64,000 nucleotides of DNA from Balanoglossus misakiensis (Eukaryota; Animalia; Hemichordata): positions 6,138,001-6,202,000 of the forward strand of contig CM082590.2 in the NCBI GenBank assembly GCA_040954595.2, written 5' to 3'. Shown here in pieces: positions 29,301 to 39,400 of this stretch (within the stretch, counting starts at the first letter, position 1; each line of letters starts with the position of its first letter). The notes under the pieces are model-generated. The model ran no database searches, had not been told where the DNA came from, and saw nothing but the letters and a program-made list of their open reading frames with translations. Both the position numbers and the translations under genes were made by a program.

Positions 29301-32300
29301 TGGAAAGTGAAATTGCATATGATCTAAACATTATATGCTCATACCATAGGTGCCTATAATATGTCAAACACATCAGAGGATCAGTTTTAAACATTTCGGA
29401 CACTGAAATCCATGAGATTCCAAGTCTGTTCTGTCAACCGGTCTTTGAAAAAATAATAATATGCAATACAAAATATTATGGTTAACCCTTTGTTTATCCG
29501 ATAATAATTGTCTAACTATATAATATCGCTTTGGTTAAAGGCTGATGTACGATCAATCACAGACGTACATAATAAAACAGGCCTTGCAGATTTTATGATG
29601 TTTAGCTCATACACTGCAGTGTAGGATTTGTGTCAACACACCTCTAAGGAATTCTGCAAAACTTTTTTGCTAGGTTTTCTGAACACATTTATGGGCAGTA
29701 TGTAACAGTTGTAACCAAAATGGTTGATAAGTCTGAGATCAAAGTTTTGGTTGATATTACATCTACATCTCCCCTAAGATGCAAATATTAATAGATTTAA
29801 CATAGTCTTAATTTTCAAAAGAAGTGGTCTAGATATTAATATATTTAAAAAAAAACATGTATTCTTATTTCAACCCATAGGATGACTACACTGAGAAAAG
29901 ACTGTGTACCACATTGGTGTTGTTCTCCTGTTCTCGCGTGTCACTCACAACCAAGGTGAATTTCTTTTTCATATTAGTACTGTTGATAGATTATCTATAC
30001 TTAATGATAATTTAATCACAACACCCTTCACATAAAGATATACATGAACTTGCCGCAGTAGTAGTATGGCATTCAGACCTACCAATATCATCATGTATGA
30101 GTATAGCATATGCACCTAATGTAAGATTATTACTCCAGTTATCTAGAAAGACGAGCTACACCCTATTTATTCAGCAGAGAATGGAACATCAGACATTGAT
30201 TGAACTGTTTCATTATCATATATGTATGTTGCACAATGTCGTTGATACTTGTACTATATTGGATGCCTTCTTTTTTTCAGAAACATTTACTGAAAGCTGG
30301 AAAGATCGGATCAATTGTAGTTGAAAAACCCAATTTAACGAGTGAAGTCCTCGACTTGTCAGATGACACTTTGGATGAGAAGTTGACAGCCGTTTACAAC
30401 AGAGGCGAGAAAGTAAAGGCAATTGTAGTTGGTGACAGCAAAGCGTTATCAAGGTTAGATGTACTTTTGAAGGGTAGAGAAATAAGTTCATTGGTGTTAT
30501 GTAATGTCGACATCAAGAAGGTGGAGAACATTAAGGTATCGGAAAGTCTCACTTTAATAAGTGTTAAGTCTTTTGATCCCAAGAAAGTGGCTGGTTGGCT
30601 TTTGTCCACAGCTAGGTATTTCACCTGCATTGATACTAAGATCCCTGTACCATGGTCTATCCAACATTCTGAGTCATTTGAAATACTGAATGTAAGTTAC
30701 TGTACCCTCCAAGTGAAGAAATCACCTCGAACAGACAGTAAAATGAAAGTAATACACATAGCTTGTGGGAGTGTTAAACAGTTGTTCTTAAATAACAATG
30801 GTTTGACTGATCTGCAGGGGGACATTGGTTCAATTCCTGGTTTATCAACATTGGATGTGAGTAACAATTCAATTAAGAGAATACCACCATCGTTGAGCAA
30901 ACTTGTTGATTGTAAATACATCAGAATAGAAGGAAATCCAGCCATAAACATACCACGTGATATTTTAAGGGGTGGTAAGGAAGCCGTCTTGTCTTACCTG
31001 AAGGAATTTCTGAACACAAAGACGTTGCCTAACAGGAATGTCAAGGTAGTTCTCGTTGGTCATGAACGTGTAGGAAAAACAACTCTAGTGCAAGCACTGA
31101 AGGGTGAATCATCAGACGTACAGAAAACTGATGGCATAGACATCTCGGAAATAAACCTCAAAGAGAGAGATATTAAGTTGACCGTGTTTGATTTTGCTGG
31201 GGATGTAGATTTTCTGGAATCACATTCACTGTTTATTACAGATGACAGTGTCTTTTTGGTCACCTTTGACCTCAGCAAATTTGCCATTAGTTCAACAACG
31301 AACAAGGTGTCATCTTCACATCAAATGGGGAGAGTGAAATTGTGGTTGCAGACTGTGTTTGCATATGCTCCAAATTCCCAAGTTATTCTGGTAGGTACCC
31401 ATGCTGATGCGCCAATGTTAAACAGGGCTGTGCTTGACTTGATTTGGCAGACGGTTCATGATACACTTGTTGAAATGAGAGACACACATCGCAAGTACTA
31501 CCGTCAAAATATGCGCAAAGATTGCTTAGTGTGTCAGAACCAAGATGTGCTGAAAAGAAAGAGTATGTTTAAGGGATTAGCTGGATATGTGAGTATTGAT
31601 GGTGATGAGGAATTGGTTGATGAAAGTCAAATGCCTCCTTCAGAAGGAAGAGCTCTGACTTCTTGTCCACACGTTGTTGGATATGTTGAGGTTTGCAGCA
31701 CAGAAAAATTCCCAAATTGGATATTATACAAGGGGAATAAGAGCATTGCACAGTTGCAAAAAGCACTAACAAAGGTTTGTGATAATCTTTTGGAATCAAC
31801 AAACCCAGAAATCCCAGAAAAGTGGAATCTCTTGCGAGAGAACTTAAAATCAGAACGACTGAAACGTCCAAACCCAGTAATGACATATAAGGAATACCAG
31901 GAGATTGCTGGTAACATTGGAATTGAAAAGGGTGTGACATTAGATAATGCAACCAGTTTTCTGTGTAGTCAGGGTGACATAGTGGTTGATCCATCTAGAT
32001 CTACAACTGGAGACAAAGGTCTGCAAGTGCTGGTAGTACTCGATCCCCATTGGCTGGCTAATAAATTGAAGACACTGATATCTTATGCAAGGGAAGATGG
32101 GTCTGGGGAATTCATTGATAACAATGGCATACTGTCAATGGAGAACATGGAAAAAGCCTGGGCAGACATCGAAAGTGAATATCGTGGCTCTCTTTTAGAT
32201 TGTTTTACATCATTGCGTATCTGTTTTGCATTTGGTGACGAACAAACATCAGTTGAAGGAAAGAATGGTTTTCTGTTTCCTTGTAAGTTACCTGTTGGTC

Positions 32301-33487
32301 AACCATCACAAGATAGTTGGTACCCATACCCTAAAGACAAAGTCAGACAGGCTAGTCAACTTTATGAATTTGGCTTTCTACCTCCACTGTTTTTCTGTGA
32401 TCTAATAGTAGCAGTCAATGAGAAGGCCATGTTTGCAGAGTCAAGTCATCCCACATACACACGAAATAACATTGTGTTTCTTTGCAATGAAAGGTTGGAA
32501 CCATGTGATGAATGTATTAAATCTGGTGGTTTTGGCAGAAGTGTTGATACTGTGCACCATGTTCGTTTTGAGTTGCTTTACCATAGCAACAGTATCCTTG
32601 TCAGTGTTAGGGGACCACAGGCTTGTTGCCTCCTGCAACAACTCCAAAGCATCATGAAGGATGTTCTCAACACCGCTCAGTACATGAATGTTGATATGAA
32701 GGTACCAGAGTCCCTATCATGCCCACACTGTATCGTTCAGTGTAAACCTAAGATTGGAGAAATGAAACAGGTTGGAAACAGTCTCATCTGTTCAATCCCC
32801 AAATCACACAGTCACACATTTGACAACAGGTTAGACCTACTGCAGTGGCATGGTGTAGAAAGACCAATTTCTACCCAGACTAGATTTGACATGTCCAAAG
32901 ACATGCGCTGCCCAAGTCACTTTGTTATGTTGTCGGTTAACACAGGAAGCCTATCAGTTGTGGGTCAACTGACACAGTATGTGTTTTCCCACTTCTCTGA
33001 TGGTTATGCAGTCCACTTGCTTTGTGAAAACCCACAACAGTTGCACTTCATCGATTTCCCAGGATATCGAGTTAGAAATGTGAATGGGTTTCTCAAGAAG
33101 TATGGCCCACATATCTGTAGAATTCTGAAGTTCATTGAGAAAGCTGGTGGTTTGTTGAAGTTCATTCCAGATCCAACCGGTACTGCTGCTGCAGCAGCAA
33201 AGGCAGTTCCAGCAATTGCTGGGAAAGCAGGTAACTTACTGTCAGAATTCTTGGATGATTTTGGAAGCAAATATCCAGAATTGAATGACATACCCGATGA
33301 GCCAAACAGTACGTCCATGGAGGAGATAGAAAATATGAAATCATCACCACACCGCAGAGATTTCCAACGCTTTCTCGGTAAAGCTGATGAAGATGGACAG
33401 TTTGGAGGCCTTCAGCCAATAGCATATGGCACAGGTGTCATTTGGGTTTGTAAAACTCACTTTCGTGAGCTGGCAAGTAAACAATAG
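5345..33487 (+). CDS. Ankyrin-repeat / LRR / Roc / COR (ROCO family GTPase, no kinase), copy 1. Coding exons: 5345-5374, 11120-11218, 13089-13187, 18609-18707, 22158-22256, 25987-26085, 26318-26416, 26648-26746, 27026-27124, 27504-27545, 29881-29955, 30281-33487; ~1381 aa
   Basis: Every exon has an AG acceptor and a GT or GC donor, all introns are phase 0, and the spliced frame is open from ATG 5345 to TAG 33487. Exons 1-4, 10 and 11 are conserved in paralog copy 2. Confidence 0.88.
6908..7107. mobile_element. PIF/Harbinger-type MITE
   Basis: TIR GGGACTGGTCAGTTTCTT...AAGAAACTGACAAGTCCC, flanked by TAA on both sides. Confidence 0.75.
7666..10949. mobile_element. Probable non-autonomous EnSpm/CACTA-like composite element with nested inserts
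   Basis: Ends CCCTTACGAAAA / TTTTCGTTAGGG (1 mismatch) with TT on both flanks; internal inverted TTTGCAG-rich subterminal repeats; absent from copy 2 intron 1. Confidence 0.45.
9705..10941 (+). mobile_element. Helentron-associated (HINE/DINE-1-like) non-autonomous element
   Basis: Inserted in a T run; 5' hairpin GGTCCCATTGGTATA..TATACCATGGGACC; (TATG/TGGA)n microsatellite; internal ~240-bp duplication (10247-10670); subTIR AATGGGACC; 3' stem-loop AGTGTC-CTT-GACGCT followed by Ts. Confidence 0.65.
11120..11218 (+). CDS. Copy 1 exon 2, N-cap ankyrin repeat ([33 protein letters not shown])
   Basis: TATAG| acceptor, 99 nt, |GTAAGT donor; ankyrin consensus AAxxGD...L...G.DVN. Confidence 0.9.
12160..12325. 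mobile_element. Small degenerate TIR element related to the 16026 element
   Basis: Right end ATCTGATTTTAATCAGATTG matches the right end of the 16026-17141 element; 9-bp flanks GTCACAAAA / GTCACATAA. Confidence 0.55.
13089..13187 (+). CDS. Copy 1 exon 3, ankyrin repeat ([33 protein letters not shown])
   Basis: TTTCAG|, 99 nt, |GTAAGT; TALHxAA...GADVN motif. Confidence 0.93.
14850..15185. mobile_element. Kolobok-like MITE, right end truncated
   Basis: TTAA|AGGGACAAAGTCTCTCTC..., largely palindromic; same family as 61570-61917. Confidence 0.7.
16026..17141. mobile_element. Non-autonomous TIR element with a perfect 9-bp TSD (AcademH- or MULE-type)
   Basis: Long TIRs (CAATCTGATTAAAATCAGATGTAGGGAACGGCGACG...); TSD GTCTTCAGT at 16017-16025 and 17142-17150. 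Confidence 0.85.
18609..18707 (+). CDS. Copy 1 exon 4, ankyrin repeat ([33 protein letters not shown])
   Basis: CCACAG|, 99 nt, |GTAAGT; ankyrin consensus. Confidence 0.93.
19630..20510. repeat. Dispersed repeat; a second copy at ~15540-17590 is interrupted by the 16026 element
   Basis: Near-identical segments such as ATAGTGTGACC.ACGCCTAACTGTTTATCTGTTCACAAATGCTC and GGTCATAACTCTGGCTT at both loci. Confidence 0.8.
22158..22256 (+). CDS. Copy 1 exon 5, ankyrin repeat (NGDTAIHLASEWGREGAALLLLKAKCSVNIQNK)
   Basis: TTACAG|, 99 nt, AAG|GTAAGT; ankyrin consensus. Confidence 0.9.
24240..24400 (+). mobile_element. Degenerate tRNA-derived SINE relic
   Basis: Decayed B-box-like GGTCCAAACC followed by GTGTTCTTGAGCAAG...TTGCTTCTC..CACAGGAGTAAAAGGG, resembling conserved invertebrate SINE central domains. 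Confidence 0.35.
25987..26085 (+). CDS. Copy 1 exon 6, ankyrin repeat (NGDTPLHSAASRDHVNTVRLLLEYKADVNIQNK)
   Basis: GACAG|, 99 nt, AAG|GCAAGT (GC donor). Confidence 0.88.
26318..26416 (+). CDS. Copy 1 exon 7, ankyrin repeat (EGDTPIHVAVRNDDVNIVRLLLEYKADVNIQNK)
   Basis: GGCAG|, 99 nt, AAG|GCAAGT. Confidence 0.88.
26648..26746 (+). CDS. Copy 1 exon 8, ankyrin repeat (SGDTPLHSAASKDRVNIVKLLLEYKADVNIQNE)
   Basis: CACAG|, 99 nt, GAG|GCAAGT. Confidence 0.88.
27026..27124 (+). CDS. Copy 1 exon 9, ankyrin repeat (EGDTPLHNAASRDHVNTVRLLLEYKADVNIQNK)
   Basis: GACAG|, 99 nt, AAG|GCAAGT. Confidence 0.88.
27504..27545 (+). CDS. Copy 1 exon 10, C-cap ankyrin half repeat (YGNTPLDVSVERLK)
   Basis: TTTTAG|, 42 nt, AAG|GTATGT; GxTPLD is typical of a terminal repeat; conserved at 62041. 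Confidence 0.85.
27749..28911. mobile_element. PIF/Harbinger-type non-autonomous element, present only in copy 1
   Basis: TAA|GGGACTGTTCA ... TGAACTGTCCC|TAA; empty site at ~62270 in copy 2; internal ~98-bp duplication at 28615-28815. Confidence 0.75.
29881..29955 (+). CDS. Copy 1 exon 11, linker (DDYTEKRLCTTLVLFSCSRVSLTTK)
   Basis: CCCATAG|, 75 nt, AAG|GTGAAT; open frame and splice sites conserved at 63577-63651. Confidence 0.75.
30281..33487 (+). CDS. Copy 1 terminal exon: LRRs, Roc GTPase, COR and C-terminal domain (1068 aa)
   Basis: Acceptor TTTTTTTCAG| in frame with the 1095-aa ORF. LRRs (LFLNNNGL, LDVSNNSI, IEGNP) and cap 'AVLSYLK'; P-loop GHERVGKTT (31058-31084), TDGIDI, DFAGD, VGTHAD; COR-type motifs IPEKW, LDPHWL, LFPCKLP, FLPPLFF. 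Confidence 0.95.
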   Translation, partial: KHLLKAGKIGSIVVEKPNLTSEVLDLSDDTLDEKLTAVYNRGEKVKAIVVGDSKALSRLDVLLKGREISSLVLCNVDIKKVENIKVSESLTLISVKSFDPKKVAGWLLSTARYFTCIDTKIPVPWSIQHSESFEILNVSYCTLQVKKSPRTDSKMKVIHIACGSVKQLFLNNNGLTDLQGDIGSIPGLSTLDVSNNSIKRIPPSLSKLVDCKYIRIEGNPAINIPRDILRGGKEAVLSYLKEFLNTKTLPNRNVKVVLVGHERVGKTTLVQALKGESSDVQKTDGIDISEINLKERDIKLTVFDFAGDVDFLESHSLFITDDSVFLVTFDLSKFAISSTTNKVSSSHQMGRVKLWLQTVFAYAPNSQVILVGTHADAPMLNRAVLDLIWQTVHDTLVEMRDTHRKYYRQNMRKDCLVCQNQDVLKRKSMFKGLAGYVSIDGDEELVDESQMPPSEGRALTSCPHVVGYVEVCSTEKFPNWILYKGNKSIAQLQKALTKVCDNLLESTNPEIPEKWNLLRENLKSERLKRPNPVMTYKEYQEIAGNIGIEKGVTLDNATSFLCSQGDIVVDPSRSTTGDKGLQVLVVLDPHWLANKLKTLISYAREDGSGEFIDNNGILSMENMEKAWADIESEYRGSLLDCFTSLRICFAFGDEQTSVEGKNGFLFPCKLPVGQPSQDSWYPYPKDKVRQASQLYEFGFLPPLFFCDLIVAVNEKAMFAESSHPTYTRNNIVFLCNERLEPCDECIKSGGFGRSVDTVHHVRFELLYHSNSILVSVRGPQACCLLQQLQSIMKDVLNTAQYMNVDMKVPESLSCPHCIVQCKPKIGEMKQVGNSLICSIPKSHSHTFDNRLDLLQWHGVERPISTQTRFDMSKDMRCPSHFVMLSVNTGSLSVVGQLTQYVFSHFSDGYAVHLLCENPQQLHFIDFPGYRVRNVNGFLKKYGPHICRILKFIEKAGGLLKFIPDPTGTAAAAAKAVPAIAGKAGNLLSEFLDDFGSKYPELNDIPDEPNSTSMEEIENMKSSPHRRDFQRFLGKADEDGQFGGLQPIAYGTGVIWVCKTHFRELASKQ

Positions 33488-36400
33488 AGACATACTGATG
33501 TGGGTGTCACCCAAAGATTATCACAATACTCTACGTTAACATACAGTATTGTATCTGTGATACCACAATACATGTGCATGAATGTTACCAAAACATAAAT
33601 CGAACATTTCCATCAATATACCCTAGCATCCATAATGTACTCTCAAACATCTCATGATGGCGCAAGACTGGTAGATTCCAAACACTACAGAATTTGCATC
33701 TGGCCACACATGTACTACACAGTAACTGTATTTCGCATTGTGTATATAGGTATAATGGCAGAGTTGTGACATTATTTCCAAGTACAAGGAATACTACGTA
33801 TATACATTTTATTCGGATATATCCCACATACAGTTCCAACAATGTCAAATTTAGACAAAAGAGTGAAATTTTTCATGTTTGATCTTTGGTTAGAGATGGT
33901 AGGAATTGTTTTAGGTGACTGTAGGAAATTATACAATAGATCTTCCAGTTAGACACTCCTTCACCATATGTTCATCAGCCAAAAAAGCATGGTCAAAGAT
34001 AAGTGGATGAAATGACATTTTAACCACTCGCTATATGATGGGAACAATGCTCATGCAGTATATCTCTGTGCAGAGACCAATCCTATGATTTGATAAACAA
34101 AAATGTGGCCTTTCAATCTTCTTGTGAGAAAATTCACTTTGAGGTTGCATTTGTAACATAATCAAATGACCCAGGTTAATTGGATTGCAGTATCTCAATT
34201 TATATTTGCATTTAAAGTAGTGATTTCTTTTATAGACTAGTATACCACAACTGACATTAAACACATTCTGTTGATGTGTAGCCAAATCTATGTTTAGTAA
34301 AGAGAGAAGGAGATTGTCTGTCTTTACACCAAGTACTATTATGAATTGTGCATCAATGTAGAATTACATAACTTGCGTTTTTAAAACTATCAAGAATGTC
34401 ATGTTTTTAATGTCCTCTTGAATTATGAATGTTTCCATTTAAACATTCATTTGCAAATTTCAAGTTTATCAATATACGGCAGTTTTTGGTGTGTTAATAT
34501 AATACTTGCTTTTTTTTCTTTGTGACTTGTATTTTTTGCGGAAAATATATGCGGTATGTTAATTTTTTTCTGTCACAGATTTAATGTCTTTAATTATGCA
34601 TATCAACATGTGATATATGCCAAATTTAATTGATGTACTAACAATCTTGACAGAAATGGCAAATAGTGATTTCTTTTCACTTCCCTTGGATCAAAACCAT
34701 CCGTCTTAAAGATAACATTCCGTCTGTCAGTGAATCCTTTTGTATGGAACCATTACTCAGACATGTGGGGACATACTTTATTTCATGTTAACTCAGTGTT
34801 CTCTTTATCCATTGATCCAGCAGGGACAAGGTTAATTGCAATGACAATATCTGCTTGAATATTCAGTAATAGGACACAAAAGTCACTGTGTTTAAGACAG
34901 CTCAATAACCAAGGATTTTCTAAGACCATCTGTACAATCTGTTAATTTTGTCGATAAAATACTTAAACCACAGCTTATTGTTATTGCTACAGGTATGTTC
35001 AATACACACAAATTGGTAATACTCCCAAGTCACAGTTAATGTTATGTTTCCTTTCAAAATCTTGTTGTATGTACGTTTTCTACATTGTGTTTTAAAGAAT
35101 ATGTGAAGTATCCAGCTTGTAAATTCACCTCACAAATATCTCCCACACAGAAACTGGCCAGCTTGGATTATTCACTCTGATCTGATCCTTTTGTTTTGGA
35201 TGTTGTTCCTGTAAAACCATCCCTTCTCTGCTTTAAGCACATTTTCCCCGAATATGTTAACCTGGTTGGTCAATCCCTAGTTTATCAATGTGAAGGTAAA
35301 CTTGTAAAGTTAATAGACGCAGGTCAAACAGATGTGTTTAGCCAGTGCCCGTATTGGCCATGTGTACATCTGTGTCAGGGACAGCTGTCATGATTAGGAC
35401 AACTTTGTTTGTATTGAATTATTTTAGAACATACTGAATTTACCCCTCATTTGAACTCTCTGTTTATGAGTCTTTCAAACAATATGTAAATTGCAGAGAC
35501 AGATGCCACACAAAAACAAACACACAAATGAACATCAACTGGTTTGAAAAAAAACTACATCAATGATGTTATGGGCATATTAATAAGAATGATAGTGTTT
35601 TAAGATTTCTACATATACTAATAAAGAAGACAGGTTGATATTTCAATTATTAATGACATGTATTTGAAGAATTCATTCCAATATTGGCAATTTTGTTTGA
35701 ATAAAATTGACACAATATTTTGAGAATTTGTTTGCACTATATTCATTTTAACTGAAAAATAATTCTTAAATCTACATTTAATTATGTAGTACCTTTTGTT
35801 GGAAGCCTTATTTATATACCCTTTCAATGTTCTATGACAGGACAATGAATATCCCATTGGTCATCATTCAAATTGCGTTGCATTTGATTGAAATGATTTT
35901 CTGTTTATGTTTTCGCTAAATGATTTGAGGAATAATCTAAGCCCAAATGGATGAAAGTGCACAATGTACGAATATTTTGCGAGGCCAGGGGCTTAGGGAG
36001 GAATTCATGGTTGGGGGGGGGGGGTAGAAGTGGTAAAGGTGGGTTTGGGAGTGGGTGTCCCCCTCCCACGTTAGAAAATTTTATTATATACAGAGCTCAA
36101 AGCTGCATTTTAATGAACTCAAAAAGCAAATTAACTCAACTATGTTGGGGAGGACAAATTTAATCTTCATCGCTAAAAGTTAGCATTGGTGGGGGGGGGG
36201 GCAAGTACTCTGCCTAGGTTCACCAGGCAATACATGAAAGGTGTGAGAGAATGAAAGGGGTGGGTGTGGGCAGGGGTGTCCCCCTCTGACATTAGAAAGT
36301 TTTGTAATATAACAATCTCGAAAACCGCATTTTTTTGTCTCTAAAGTTGGGGGGGGGCAAAAGTTTATCTTTACCCACTCCCCCACTTCAGCATTGGAGG

Positions 36401-39400
36401 GGGGGGGGGGCAAATGACCTCCCCTCCTGGTTCCTACGCCTATGGAGGCGAAGTTGTGGAAATGTATGTCTGTTTGGGACCATTATGCAACGCTTTGGGG
36501 TATAGTTTTGTCACTGTCAGTGTGCCCTCTAAGCCCATATGATGCACCACTGACTCACTGGTGACTCAAGGAAATTATCCACAATACATGCAAAGTACAG
36601 ATTCAGAGAATTTTTTTACAAATCTTCAAATTGACTCAAAGCTTTAAAAAATTATGTTTGTTTAGAGAAAACTGCAGGTAACATTGGCAAGCAGATATGA
36701 CCTAACCATATCTAAATATGGATATGTAAAAAGAAATAGAACTATAGGAACATGCCCAATCAAGTGTCATGTGTCAAGGCAATCTTACAAGCAGTGCAAC
36801 TTCTTTCAAGCAGCCCTGGGACAGACAGTCAGAGACACTCACTGACCTACCACTGGTAGTTAATAAAAGAATAGCTGGTGGTCTCTGTAACAGCTGGCCT
36901 AGTAAAGTTATGTAAACATGTAGAATGTAAATTCTCAGTGGGGTATCACCCACCTCATGTAAAGAGTAACTTTCAAAGAAACTGGACAAGTGGCTTAGGA
37001 GAAAATTTGTTGAAAAAAAGAGAAAATTACAAAGAAATTGTGATATCAGAATAGAAGTTCTCATATATGTGTTATAAAACCTGTATCCCAAATTTCAAGA
37101 AATGATTAAGGACCAAAAACAGCAAAAGTGGCACCAAGAACATAAACTTCACCAATATTTTAAATATCCCTAAGAATATTCCCACCAAACTTCAAAGCAA
37201 TCAGACAAGCAGTTTCAGAGAAAATGATTTTTGTTCAAAAGTGGCAAAAAGCACAATTTTGCAAATATTGCCAGAATTTTACAATATCTTACTTCAATCA
37301 CCAGACGGAATACACCTACCAAAATTCAAAGCAATTAGACAAGCAGATTCATAAAAAAAATATTCATGAAAAAAATCAGGTATAATTCATGAACACACTC
37401 AAATTTAATGGGCCATCCCTTAGTTCCCATACTCGATTCGTCTGCATCCTTGCTATTCGTAGTCACATGTTTGTCACGTGACCTGCAATGGACCAATAAT
37501 GTCTCCTCGGTGGTTGGTTAATTTACCTTGCGACAAAATAATCGACCGTTGAGGGCGCACCAGTCATTGGTACGTCACTTAGGCGCACTATGGACACAAA
37601 CTAAACTTGTTTCAACCACGGTCACACCATTTCCCCAAACGTTTGTATAAATGTTTGAAGTTGTTGTGCCATATCACAAATTGATCGTTCCACTGTATCT
37701 CACTGTCTACCGATATCACGTTCATCCGTTGTATTTCCTGGGGGAAACATCAAATGTCTACTTCGACCCCTGCCTGACCTCCTCCATGTGCCCGATGAAA
37801 CGAGCGGAGTTTTCAGGGCTTCTGCAGAAATGACAGCAGAATTAACGTCTGTTCTCTCGAACCCGGAATCAACGTTACTGTTGAAAACAACCTGGATTTT
37901 TGACATTGTAAAGCGCCATTGAACAATATTGCAGTGGAGTTTGGCGCTCTATAAATCCCTTCGATTGATGATTGATGATGATGATCCAGAGCTTAGCGAA
38001 TATTCGAAAAGGGCTTAGCTGAACCAAAGTTGCCCTAACAATCCCGAAGATGCCACCAATTGTGACGGAAACCCGAACGGTATACCTCGGAAAACTGGTA
38101 GGGCGCAGGCGGACCGGAATGAGCCTCTCACAAACAGCGCTGTCTCTAAACACAGCGGTCAGAACTTGTCAGAACCCGGAAAGCAGGCGTCTTGATGAAG
38201 ATATCGGCCCACACCGAGCTGCTAAGGTAAACACGTCTTAGATCTCCGATCGGTGACCCGGGGCTGGCTAGACCCGGGGCTGGCTAACCGATAGGGATAC
38301 AAGTGGACTAATCAGGTAAAGTTGCACACAACTGAAACTTGAGGTTCCCCCTTCAACAGATCCACGCTAATTCCCCCCTCAAATATACATGATAGACAGG
38401 CTCATCACGTGACCCAGAACGCACTTCTGATTGGTGATTGACTCACCAGGGGAGAGATGGGGAAACCCCTCCATCTCTAGCTTGCCAGACAAGTCAGCCC
38501 AGTAATGGTCACCATGGCAACACCACCACGCAAATGAAGCCAAAGAAAAACACCATGCAAAATAATAATTCACATGGAATAGCAATTCAATAACACACAT
38601 TTGACGTCCTTCAACATTTGCTGCGTACAAAATGTCTAAATGTTTCTAAATGTGGGTGTTTTAATATTGTTCTGTTCGTATATATTCCAATTCACATGAA
38701 TGGGGGTGGTATATGTTATCACATTCAGTATGAGAATTTCGGTGTCAGGTTCGGTCCTTGTGTCCAACGCTTTGAGTCAACACTTACAGTATCTACCCGT
38801 CTTCTGTTAGCTTTCTTTGCACTCAATTGTGTGAACATGCAAAGCTCAGTCGGTTTATTTTGTGGATGGGTTGGTTTGACGAGATAGTCTAAACATGTCG
38901 GAATTTCATTATAGGATTAATGATTATTCTTTTGTTCTATTTTCCTCCTGCATCCAGAAATTGTGCTTACTGTGCGGGTGTTTTAATTATCCATGGAGCC
39001 TGTACTCCACACTCCCTGTAATTTCTTTCAATTCCCTTAGCCACATGGGGGCGCTGTATAAGGGGACGATGGCAAGAGTTAAATACAGTGCATCCTGTCG
39101 ACCGTTCGTTTTGTTGTTTCTCGGCTTTATTTTTCTCTTTGTTTATGAAGTTCACCATTGTTCGGTTACTTTATTTAATCATTTCACTATTTGACCATTT
39201 CGTGATTTTGTTGATTACAATTAGCCAAAATGAAGTTGTTTTAGCTTTTCCATGCACTACGTATGTTTCATGTGTGTTCAACGTTTCAAGGTTATTCGTT
39301 TTTACATGTATTGTTAATTGCGTGGCCATGCAGACACATGATCATGTAGTCAGTGCAATGTGTCTCAGATGTAATCTTGTGTAGTACTTTTGTTTACTCA

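Noticed and set aside
30200-30280. Hydrophobic N-terminus of the 1095-aa ORF as a signal peptide or TM helix
   Set aside because: It starts at TTG and ends in a polypyrimidine tract plus CAG, so it is intron read-through upstream of the acceptor at 30280.
30281-33487. Naming the gene LRRK1, LRRK2, MFHAS1 or DAPK1
   Set aside because: No kinase, WD40 or death domain, few LRRs and a lineage-specific tandem duplication; orthology cannot be supported without a tree.
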